From Hominenteromicrobium mulieris (lineage in GTDB: Bacteria > Bacillota > Clostridia > Oscillospirales > Acutalibacteraceae), in assembly GCF_020687165.1 (NCBI RefSeq), contig NZ_JAJEQC010000005.1: DNA of 24,000 nucleotides. The stretch is one strand, 5' to 3'. The notes beneath the pieces are model-generated. The model had not been told where the DNA came from, did no database searches, and worked only from the letters and a program-made list of their open reading frames with translations. Positions 6,721 through 14,297 of the stretch are shown one piece after another; positions within the stretch are counted from its first letter, which is position 1; every line of letters starts with the position of its first letter. The position numbers were made by a program, and so were the translations under genes.

Positions 6721-7811
6721 TGCCCGGTTACGGAAAATATCGTTCACCAGAGGAAAAAGAAGAATTTGTAAAGCAACTGGGTGCAGACGCCAAGCAGCGC
6801 GTTATTGACCTTGCAGAAAACTGGGAAGCAGATGCAAAAGATGTTGCGGAATTTTTGATTTTTTCAAGCCGGTTCCCAGATTACAGCGTCCGCAACCAGA
6901 TGCTGATCTACAAGCAAAATCCGTATGCTATGTTTACTGCGGGATATAATCAATTTGAAAAAATGGGCTATACCGTACAAAAGGGCGAAAAAGGTATGCG
7001 TATATGGGTACCCCATAATATTACCTATTATCGTGGCAAAGAAAGTGAACCATGGAAGAGGCTGACGAAAAGCACACCAAAAGCAGTACGGGACATGATA
7101 AAAGCCGGAATGCTTGAGACACGTGAAGAATTGCAGTTCTATCGTTATGGAGTGGTCTTTGATATTGCACAAACGAATTGCCCTGCGGAAGATTACCCTA
7201 AATTAGTCGGTCTCGGCTGCGCAGATGAGCTGCACGCAGCGGCGTTTGACATTATCAGCGAATACAGCAACCGCTGCGGAATGCCGGTGCGGACGATTGA
7301 TTTAAAGAGCGTTGCGCTGCGCGGATATTACGAATCAGAGACATGCAACATTACGATTAACAGCCGCCTTGCTGATACACAGCGATTATCGACGCTGCTG
7401 CATGAGATGGCGCACGGCATGTTGCAACACGGTATGGATACCGGCAAAAGCCGTGCACAGCGTGAGTTTGAAGCAGACGCTTTATCCGTTATGCTTGAAT
7501 CCGCCATGGGTCTGCCAATCACTGACACACGTAAGGAGCACATGAGCGTGGAGTATAAGAACTACATAACCGAGCTTAAAACGGGCAAAACGGATGAAGA
7601 AAAAGCGGAAATCAATGAGCAGATCGATAAGGTTTTTAAACCAATCGGTGATCTATATAAGCGCCATGCGCCGCAGATTTTGGCAGCACTGCGCTTATCA
7701 GGCATTCAGCCGCAGCCGATAAAAACAGCGCAGGCAGCACCTGAACAGGAAGAAAAGACGCCGGAGCACATTATGGACAAGCCGAAAAGAAAAATGAATC
7801 GTTCACTGTAA
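6720..7811 (+). CDS. ardC: ArdC-like antirestriction protein: N-terminal ssDNA-binding domain (DUF1738-type) plus a C-terminal HExxH zinc metallopeptidase
   Basis: YSVRNQMLIYKQNPYAMFTAGYNQFEKMGYTVQKGEKGMRIWVP matches the ArdC-N pattern (YS.rN..LI..Q......t...W...G..V.KGEKG..I). LLHEMAHGMLQH followed by REFEADALSVML matches the ArdC-type protease domain. Confidence 0.8.
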   Translation: MPGYGKYRSPEEKEEFVKQLGADAKQRVIDLAENWEADAKDVAEFLIFSSRFPDYSVRNQMLIYKQNPYAMFTAGYNQFEKMGYTVQKGEKGMRIWVPHNITYYRGKESEPWKRLTKSTPKAVRDMIKAGMLETREELQFYRYGVVFDIAQTNCPAEDYPKLVGLGCADELHAAAFDIISEYSNRCGMPVRTIDLKSVALRGYYESETCNITINSRLADTQRLSTLLHEMAHGMLQHGMDTGKSRAQREFEADALSVMLESAMGLPITDTRKEHMSVEYKNYITELKTGKTDEEKAEINEQIDKVFKPIGDLYKRHAPQILAALRLSGIQPQPIKTAQAAPEQEEKTPEHIMDKPKRKMNRSL

Positions 7812-7833
7812 AGAGAAATGAACGTAGAAAGGA

Positions 7834-9813
7834 GTGAATTTTTTGGCAATATCGAGAGATCAGGTTGATGAGATCAAAAGCCGCGTGAGCATTATAGATG
7901 TTGCAGCAGAACGTGTGAATCTATCGCGGCACGGTTCAACCATGTCGTGCTGTTGTCCGTTCCATCAGGAAAAAACACCGTCATGCGTATTGTATGAGAA
8001 GACCAATTCCTTTTACTGCTTCGGCTGCGGCACGAGCGGCGACGTCATATCTTTTATTCGCGGTACGGATAATCTCAGTTACGTGGAGGCGGTGCAGCAG
8101 CTCGCCCAGCGTGCCGGAATAACGATTGATGCCAAAGGCGCACAGCTCAATCAGCGTGAGCAGGAGCTCAGAGATCGTATTCGTGCGTGCAACCGAGAGG
8201 CGGCACGTTACTTCTTCCGTTCGCTTACACAGGACGATGAAGGCAGTGTCGGGCGAACTTATTTGCTGAATGAACGCGGTTTGAGCATGGCCGCTGTACG
8301 ACATTTTGGTTTAGGTTATGCGAAGCCGGAAAGCTTTGGGCTTGTGAATTATCTGCGCGATAAAGGCTTTACGGATGATGAGATGATAACCGCAAATCTT
8401 GCGTACCAAAGTAAAACCGGGCACGTTATGGATCGGTTCCGAGACCGAATCATGTACCCGATTTTTGATACAGTCGGCAATGTAATTGCGTTTGGTGGAC
8501 GCGCCCTGAACAAAGAGGACAAGGCAAAATACATAAACACCAACACCACGCCGGTATTCAGAAAGTCCAATAATCTGTACGGATATAACTTCGCACGCAA
8601 GGCGCACAGCGACCATTTGATACTCGCAGAAGGGTACATGGACGTGATCGCGCTGCAAACAGCGGGCTTTGCTGGTGCGGTCGCTTCACTCGGTACATCG
8701 TTGACGGAGGAACAAGCAAAGCTGATTGGGCGGAGCTGCAAGGAGCTTACTATTTGTTATGACAGCGACAGTGCGGGCATCAGAGCAACGCAAAGAGCTA
8801 TACAGGTTTTGCGTTCTGCGTGCCCAGAGTTGCGCGTCAGCGTGGCTTCCTTGGGCGAAGGTAAAGACCCGGATGAGTTCATAAAAATGCACTCGGAGGA
8901 CGGAGCAGAACGTCTTGCTGAGGCTTTCAAAGCAGCGATAAGCGATACCGAATACCGGCTACAAATGTGCAAAAACGGGTTGGACATGAACGTGAATAAA
9001 GACCGTTTGACTTATGCCGTTGAAGCGGTGCGTGTGTTGGCGACGGTCGAAAACCCGGTGGAACAGGATTTATTTGCGGCACAAATTGCTGCGGAGGTCG
9101 GAGTTGGACGTGAGAGTATCTTAGCACAGGTGCAGGCAGCTGCGACAGACCCGGCAAATAAAACCGTGCCGGAAGAAATTAAAGACGAGGAAATTTTTGA
9201 GCCGGAAGAAGAACCTACACAGCGCTATCATGCGTTTATTCGCCCGGTTTCTGACGCAGAAAGTGAAGTGGTAGCCTTTGCGGATGTCATTATAAACGAA
9301 GACTACCGCATCAACGGCGTGCGTCTGGTGTTGGATGAACACAATCGATTTTCGGCCTTGATGCCCGCGTATCTTGCTAAAGATAGGCGTGAATGGGTTC
9401 CGTACGTCGAGCTGAAGCCGGAGATTGAAAGGGAAATGACGGCGTTCCTTGCACGTAATTTTGATTTCAACTCGGAGGTTGAAGTTATCGGCGGCGGTAC
9501 GGCGATAGACGTCGGAGAGACAAAGCTCACGCTGCGGAAGGCTGCAAACCGCAATACGGTTAAAGCGTATGCCGAGCTGCAAAACGATGTGTTTGCGCTC
9601 AAATACGGCAAGATCATGGAGGGCAAACGCGGGTATTTCTATTCACCGCCGAGCATGGGAACGTACACAGATCAGGACGGCAATAAGCAATATCAGTATG
9701 CGTATGGGTTTGCTTCCGCACCGGAGCGCACAAGAATTTCGGGAGAAATTAAGAAACAATACGAGCTCATGTGCAAAAAAAACAAGCGGGTCTATGAAGC
9801 AAAAATCAAATAG
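7834..9813 (+). CDS. DnaG-type DNA primase (CHC2 zinc finger plus TOPRIM) with a C-terminal tandem SpoVG-like extension
   Basis: CCPFHQEKTPSCVLYEKTNSFYCFGCGTSGDVISF is the CHC2 zinc finger. RDRIMYPIFDTVGNVIAFGGR is the primase core. LILAEGYMDVIAL and ICYDSDSAGIRAT are the TOPRIM motifs. The true start may be the TTG at 7843, 9 nt after AAAGGAG. See the findings for the C-terminal region. Confidence 0.85.
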   Translation: MNFLAISRDQVDEIKSRVSIIDVAAERVNLSRHGSTMSCCCPFHQEKTPSCVLYEKTNSFYCFGCGTSGDVISFIRGTDNLSYVEAVQQLAQRAGITIDAKGAQLNQREQELRDRIRACNREAARYFFRSLTQDDEGSVGRTYLLNERGLSMAAVRHFGLGYAKPESFGLVNYLRDKGFTDDEMITANLAYQSKTGHVMDRFRDRIMYPIFDTVGNVIAFGGRALNKEDKAKYINTNTTPVFRKSNNLYGYNFARKAHSDHLILAEGYMDVIALQTAGFAGAVASLGTSLTEEQAKLIGRSCKELTICYDSDSAGIRATQRAIQVLRSACPELRVSVASLGEGKDPDEFIKMHSEDGAERLAEAFKAAISDTEYRLQMCKNGLDMNVNKDRLTYAVEAVRVLATVENPVEQDLFAAQIAAEVGVGRESILAQVQAAATDPANKTVPEEIKDEEIFEPEEEPTQRYHAFIRPVSDAESEVVAFADVIINEDYRINGVRLVLDEHNRFSALMPAYLAKDRREWVPYVELKPEIEREMTAFLARNFDFNSEVEVIGGGTAIDVGETKLTLRKAANRNTVKAYAELQNDVFALKYGKIMEGKRGYFYSPPSMGTYTDQDGNKQYQYAYGFASAPERTRISGEIKKQYELMCKKNKRVYEAKIK

Positions 9814-9825
9814 TGAGGTGAGATT

Positions 9826-10572
9826 TTGCAGACGATTTATTTAGTTACCGGACTTCCTGGCGTCGGGAAGACGAGCTTTTTGCAGGTGCTTGAAGGCTTA
9901 AAGCTATTGCCGGAGTACAGCGTCACGCCGCAGAGAATCGCACGAATCTACAACAGTTCGGAAACGTATGCGATGCAAAAGCTTATTGACGACGGGCGCA
10001 GTTTTCTTTGTGAGCTACCGCTCGAGCAAGAAAAAATGGAACAGTTTTTCGGTTTACTTGAGGGCAAAACGTATGCGATAAACTGCTATTGTATGGGTCT
10101 GCCGGACGCAGCAGAAGCCATAGCGCGATTGGTGCGGCGAGATCGTACAGGTGTTCCGACTGCGAAAATTTTGGAAGATTTTGAACTGTTCCCGTCCAAT
10201 ATCCGGGAGCTTTCAAGGCGTGTAGAAAGCATCAAGTTCTTCGATAACACACATGGGTTTTGCTTGACCGGCTATTACAGTGCGGGAAAATTTATGCTTT
10301 CAGATGCCGGTCATTGCGTGCCGTGGATGCAAACCGTTAGAGCTGCACTGCTTCCGAATGAGCAGCAAATTACGCCGGAGAGTGTGTGGCAGACAGAAAT
10401 TTTTGAAAGAAAGGTAAAAGAAAATGAAGAAAAATCAGATGGAAATCGTGGTGAAGCTCAACGTAAGCGCGGAAAAAAGAAGGGCGCTCGAGATGTACTG
10501 CACGGACTTCGCGGGCACAATGCAAAAGGATTTGCAGGCAGCGGCGGAACAGATTTTAACGCAAAAATATAA
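9826..10572 (+). CDS. P-loop NTPase (small kinase / zeta-toxin-like fold, family uncertain)
   Basis: TTG start preceded by GAGGTGAG. The Walker A motif GLPGVGKTS sits at residues 9-17. The last ~50 aa (a Lys/Arg/Gly-rich tail) overlap the next ORF in another frame. Confidence 0.6.
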   Translation: MQTIYLVTGLPGVGKTSFLQVLEGLKLLPEYSVTPQRIARIYNSSETYAMQKLIDDGRSFLCELPLEQEKMEQFFGLLEGKTYAINCYCMGLPDAAEAIARLVRRDRTGVPTAKILEDFELFPSNIRELSRRVESIKFFDNTHGFCLTGYYSAGKFMLSDAGHCVPWMQTVRAALLPNEQQITPESVWQTEIFERKVKENEEKSDGNRGEAQRKRGKKKGARDVLHGLRGHNAKGFAGSGGTDFNAKI

Positions 10573-10657
10573 CAAGTCCGTGCCGAAAGCCGTGCGCGAA
10601 TACGTGGAGTTGTGCAGAGACGAGGAAAATTCTTCCGCTGCAACGAGCGAAAAGTAA
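10424..10657 (+). CDS. Small conserved-looking mobile-element protein (77 aa), function unknown
   Basis: MEIVVKLNVSAEKRRALEMYCTDFAGTMQKDLQAAAEQILTQKYNKSVPKAVREYVE has the look of a small helical protein family that I recall next to mob genes in clostridial conjugative elements. I cannot verify that recollection here. It overlaps the upstream ORF by 149 nt. Confidence 0.5.
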   Translation: MKKNQMEIVVKLNVSAEKRRALEMYCTDFAGTMQKDLQAAAEQILTQKYNKSVPKAVREYVELCRDEENSSAATSEK

Positions 10658-10939
10658 TCCACTTTTTCGCAAAACGCAGTGAAAAACTGCGGGAAACCTT
10701 CTCCTTAATCAGCAAATTTCTGTGTCTGCCGGACATGTTTTTGCGTGCGGCGGCGCAAAATTTTGGGCGAACTCCGTTCGTTTTTTTGCTATCAGCAAAA
10801 AAGATTTGCGGCGGAAGCCGCCCGGGCAAACAGAAAAAGCGCGAAACGCACTTTTTCTGTTTGCTTTCGCAAGCATACCATTCTTACGTAAGAATGGTAG
10901 ATCGGTGAAAATCACCGATTTTTTAGGGACACCCTAAAA
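10647..10939. promoter_or_regulatory. Candidate origin of transfer (oriT) and mob promoter region: a noncoding segment packed with inverted repeats
   Basis: At least eight hairpin-forming inverted repeats sit directly upstream of mobC and the relaxase gene:
- 10647..10670
- 10675..10691
- 10739..10760
- 10782..10802
- 10808..10821
- 10826..10864 (14-bp stem plus an inner 3 bp)
- 10876..10899 (perfect 24-bp palindrome)
- 10901..10919 followed by a T-run, and 10921..10939. Confidence 0.6.
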
Positions 10940-10945
10940 CCCGTC

Positions 10946-11395
10946 ATGCAGAAAGAAGTGAGACAAATAAGAAAAGGCGAATACAAATACCCTTACCGTT
11001 TAGAGTTGCGCTTAAATGAAACACAAATGGCACGTCTGCAATCCTTGGCGAGCAAATCCGGCTTATCGATGTCGGCGTATGTGCGGCAGCTTATCGACGG
11101 TGTGCTTCCGCAGGAACGCCCGCCGTTGGATTTTTATAAGATGCTGACAGAGCTGCGTTATATTGGCAACAACATGAACCAGCTTACACGCATAGCACAT
11201 GCGACCGGCAGAATCGACAGAGAGAAATTTGAGCGGCTGACCGATGAGATCAAGCCGCTGGCATCTATGCTGTATCGCTACGTTACGGAGCCAATCAAAC
11301 GCGACCCGATGACTTCGGAGCTTGGGACGTATATCCGTAAGTCCGACCAAAAGGCACTGAAAGAAAAACGGGAGGAAGAACGAAAGTGGCGGTAA
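10946..11395 (+). CDS. mobC: MobC-family relaxosome accessory protein (ribbon-helix-helix)
   Basis: LRLNETQMARLQSLASKSGLSMSAYVRQLI is RHH-like. LRYIGNNMNQLTRIAHATG matches the MobC motif (L..iG.NlNQiar). It overlaps the relaxase start by 10 nt. Confidence 0.85.
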   Translation: MQKEVRQIRKGEYKYPYRLELRLNETQMARLQSLASKSGLSMSAYVRQLIDGVLPQERPPLDFYKMLTELRYIGNNMNQLTRIAHATGRIDREKFERLTDEIKPLASMLYRYVTEPIKRDPMTSELGTYIRKSDQKALKEKREEERKWR

Positions 11396-11824
11396 CAAAA
11401 ATCTGGAAGATCAACGGCTGGATCGGCGACTGCCTGCTTTACATCGAAAATCCGAACAAGACGCAGAACCCGTTGGTGATCGGTGATCCGAAATTAAAAG
11501 AGGAAGAATACCAATCTCTGACGGATGTGATCGAGTATGCGGAAGACGGCAACAAAACCGTGCGGGATACTGAGCGTTTTGTGTCCGGCGTTAACTGCGA
11601 TGCAGAAACGGCGCGGCAGGAAATGATTTTAGCAAAAAATGCGTTCGACAAAAACGACGGCATTTGTGCCTACCACGCCATACAGAGCTTTGCGCCGGGA
11701 GAGGTCACGCCGGAAACGGCGCACGAGATCGGTATTCGGCTCGCAAAAGAAATGTGGGGTGAACGGTATCAAGTGCTTGTTGCAACGCATTTAGATCATG
11801 AGCATATCCACAACCACTTCGTTA
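11386..11824 (+). CDS. Relaxase (MobA/VirD2 family), exon 1
   Basis: GTG start. The N-terminus MAVTKIWKI... and the histidine motif VATHLDHEHIHNHFV are typical of relaxase/mobilisation nuclease domains. The coding sequence is broken after 11824 by GTGCG, the group II intron 5' end. The residues translated from 11825 to 11874 are read-through into the intron. Confidence 0.85.
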
Positions 11825-12379
11825 GTGCGCCCATAAGGGGCAGAGTAAATCCGCTTAGCAAGCGGCAGGTGTGAGGTTTCAGGCCTGTGGTCAACGGCTA
11901 ACCTGGCGGGGAAACCCAAAGGGGACAGCAGCATGACCGTAAAGCTGCAAGTTGGCAAGTTGCCGTGCCACGACTGAGCAGCAAGACCAAAAGTTCATAT
12001 AAGGATGAAACCTAAACTGGCTGAACGGCAGTCCGAGGGACATTTGTGGTGGTCGTAACGGAAGGCAGCTATACCCGTTACGCTGTGCATCTCACCTGTA
12101 GAAACATGAGCAGGATGAGCGAAACCGAATGCACAGTCCGTATGTATCAGCATAAAAGGACGAAAACCGCATCCGACAATGAACAATGCTTTTTTACTCT
12201 GCTGCTAAATGGGGATTGCCTAAGTTGGAACGCTCACAAGAGCTATGGGCGTAGGCCCTGAATATCCAATATGGCAACGGAGCCGCCGTAGTAGTCCGAG
12301 CGTATTAATGGCACGCACATGGCGAAGGGCGGCAGTTCATTCAATTCAATACAACAGAAAGGAAGGTGCGTGAGGCACT

Positions 12380-14197
12380 ATGAGAGATCCAGAAAATGTA
12401 TTGAACAGTCTGCAAGAACATTCAGCTCAATCCGGCTATGTCTATGACAGGTTGTACCGCAACCTGTTCAATCGGGAATTTTTCTTACGGGCATATCAGA
12501 ATATTTATGCCAGTCAGGGAAACATGACCGCAGGCACAGACGGAAAAACCATCGACGCAATGAGCCTTGAAAGAATCGACAGGCTTATTGCAACCCTGAA
12601 AGACGAATCCTACCAGCCCAAACCGTCCAGACGGACATATATCCCTAAGAAGAATGGAAAACTCCGTCCTCTGGGTATTCCGTCCATTGACGACAAGCTG
12701 GTACAGGAAGTTGTCCGTATGCTGTTGGAATCCATCTATGAGAACAGCTTTGAGGACGCCTCCCATGGCTTTCGGCCTGACAGAAGTTGTCACACAGCTT
12801 TGAGGATGATTCAAAATCGCTTTACCAGATGCAAGTGGTTTGTTGAGGGTGACATTAAAGGATTCTTCGACAATATTGACCACAATGTCATGATTGGCAT
12901 CCTTCGCAAGAGAATTAAAGATGAGCGTTTTCTGCGCCTTATCCGTAAATTTCTCAACGCAGGATATATGGAAGATAACCAACTGCATCAAAGCTACAGC
13001 GGCACTCCGCAGGGCGGCATCATTAGTCCCATTCTAGCCAATATCTATCTCGACCAGTTCGACAAATATATGGCTGAATACAAGAAACGGTTTGACCGTG
13101 GGAACAAGCGAGCCGTCAATGTGGAATACCATAAGCTGAGCGCAAAGAGAATCCGACTCAAAAGGAAGCTGGCAAAGGCACAGTCTGAGGAAGAAAAGCA
13201 ATCCCTTTTGGAAAGCATCCGGGAACTGGATAAGGTACACAAATCCATCCCCTGCAAAAATCCAATGGATACAAATTTCCGCAGACTGCAATACGTCCGT
13301 TACGCTGACGATTTTCTTATCGGTATCATCGGAGCCAAAGAGGATGCACAGGCTGTTAAGCAGGAAATCGGCGTATATATCGCCGAACAGTTGAAACTGG
13401 AACTGTCGGAAGAAAAGACGCTGGTCACTAAAGCAACAGACCGTGCAAAATTCTTGGGATTTGACATCAGGGTCACACCGCAGAGCAATCACACCAAAAA
13501 GACAAAAAGCGGTTCCACAGCCCGAAACTACAGCGGCCATGTAATGCTGGAAGTTCCGACTTCTGTCATTCAAAAAAAGCTGCTGGAACTGGGAGCCATG
13601 AGAATTGATGTTCGCAATGGAACAGAGATTTGGCAACCCACGTATCGTGGAAAACTTGTCGGACGAACAGACCTGAGTATCCTAGACCAGTACAATGGTG
13701 AGGTGCGGGGATTCTGTAATTATTATGCGATTGCAAACAATCGCTCTAAGCTGCACAAGTTCCGCTATATCATGGAGTACAGTTTCTATAAAACCTTGGC
13801 CTGTAAATACCGTACAACCAAAGGCAAAATTATTGCTCAATATCGTATTGTCAAGGACATCGGGGTAAAATTCCAGGACAAGCATGGAAATGAGCGCATC
13901 CGACTACTGTGGAAGGACAGTCTTGCAAGAGACCCCTATCCGCTGGGAAAAGAAGCAGATATTATCCATAAGCCGAAAGGCATCCTGAAAAAGCCCAGTC
14001 TCGGCGCACGATTAAAAGCAAATCGGTGTGAATGGTGCGGAAAAGAAACTTCAGCGTTGGTAATGCACCAAGTTAGAACGCTGAAAGAGCTGGATGAAAG
14101 CCAACCGTGGGCAGTTTTCATGAAGAGGATTAACCGAAAAACTTTGGTGGTCTGTGAAAGTTGTCACACGAAAATTCACGGTGCAGGCTGTGAATGA
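12380..14197 (+). CDS. ltrA: Group II intron reverse transcriptase/maturase with a C-terminal HNH endonuclease domain (605 aa)
   Basis: RT motifs TDGKTID, RPLGIPSIDDKLVQE, GTPQGGIISPILANIYL and YVRYADDFLIG are present. A maturase/X region follows (RGFCNYYAIANN). The C-terminus is a zinc/HNH module (CEWCGKE...HQV...VVCESCHTKIHG). Confidence 0.95.
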   Translation: MRDPENVLNSLQEHSAQSGYVYDRLYRNLFNREFFLRAYQNIYASQGNMTAGTDGKTIDAMSLERIDRLIATLKDESYQPKPSRRTYIPKKNGKLRPLGIPSIDDKLVQEVVRMLLESIYENSFEDASHGFRPDRSCHTALRMIQNRFTRCKWFVEGDIKGFFDNIDHNVMIGILRKRIKDERFLRLIRKFLNAGYMEDNQLHQSYSGTPQGGIISPILANIYLDQFDKYMAEYKKRFDRGNKRAVNVEYHKLSAKRIRLKRKLAKAQSEEEKQSLLESIRELDKVHKSIPCKNPMDTNFRRLQYVRYADDFLIGIIGAKEDAQAVKQEIGVYIAEQLKLELSEEKTLVTKATDRAKFLGFDIRVTPQSNHTKKTKSGSTARNYSGHVMLEVPTSVIQKKLLELGAMRIDVRNGTEIWQPTYRGKLVGRTDLSILDQYNGEVRGFCNYYAIANNRSKLHKFRYIMEYSFYKTLACKYRTTKGKIIAQYRIVKDIGVKFQDKHGNERIRLLWKDSLARDPYPLGKEADIIHKPKGILKKPSLGARLKANRCEWCGKETSALVMHQVRTLKELDESQPWAVFMKRINRKTLVVCESCHTKIHGAGCE

Positions 14198-14202
14198 ATA
14201 GA

Positions 14203-14236
14203 GAGCCGGATACAGCGAGAGTTGTAAGTCCGGTTC
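14203..14236 (+). ncRNA. Group II intron domain V (catalytic hairpin)
   Basis: GAGCCGGATACAGCGAGAGTTGTAAGTCCGGTTC is a 34-nt hairpin with the conserved AGC triad context, a GNRA-like loop region and the CGGTTC 3' arm, placed just after the IEP stop codon as expected. Confidence 0.85.
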
Positions 14237-14297
14237 GGGGGCGAGTGCCTGGAAACCTACCGCAGCAATGCGGCAAGGCGCTGGGTACTTAGCCTAC

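Larger units (their letters stand above)
11825..14297 (+). mobile_element. Group II intron (2473 nt) carrying an intron-encoded protein, inserted in the relaxase gene
   Basis: The 5' end GTGCGCCCATAAGGGG resembles the consensus GUGYG and, as I recall it, the Ll.LtrB 5' end. Domain V lies at 14203..14236. The 3' end reads ...TTAGCCTAC, with a candidate branch A at 14291. Removing 11825..14297 restores one in-frame relaxase ORF. Confidence 0.92.

Noticed and set aside
9826-10657. The P-loop protein plus the small downstream protein read as a zeta/epsilon-type toxin-antitoxin pair
   Set aside because: The gene order is the reverse of epsilon-zeta. The P-loop sits at the extreme N-terminus, unlike zeta toxins. 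I could not recognise any other zeta signature. The feature is kept only as a generic P-loop NTPase.
10458-10937. Four overlapping ORFs of 68-123 aa on both strands across the mob-upstream region
   Set aside because: The region is made of stacked inverted repeats. The translations are Arg/Phe/Cys/Lys-rich nonsense, they mirror each other because of the palindromes, and none has a ribosome-binding site. I treat the region as noncoding oriT/regulatory DNA.
11821-11832. TAGTGCGCCC resembles the RSF1010/MOBQ-type nic-site core (AAGTGCGCCCT)
   Set aside because: It is the exon/intron junction: GTGCGCCC is the conserved group II intron 5' end. The resemblance to a nic site is coincidental, and the sequence lies inside the relaxase coding region.
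12046-12062. GTGGT and TAACGG only 5 nt apart, read as the EBS2 and EBS1 pair for the exon sequence ACCAC-T-TCGTTA
   Set aside because: Each is complementary to the exon, but EBS2 and EBS1 normally sit in separate domain I stem-loops tens of nucleotides apart. At least one match is therefore probably fortuitous, and the question stays open pending a proper fold.
11825-12261. The C-terminal 16 residues of the track ORF 11386..11874 (SAPIRGRVNPLSKRQV) and small ORFs at 11995..12186 and 12046..12261
   Set aside because: They fall within domains I-III of the group II intron ribozyme. The relaxase tail is read-through of the unspliced transcript, not the native protein.
12485-13885. Minus-strand ORFs of 62-200 aa inside the intron-encoded protein gene
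   Set aside because: They are antisense to an RT/maturase frame that carries all canonical motifs. They have no independent signals.
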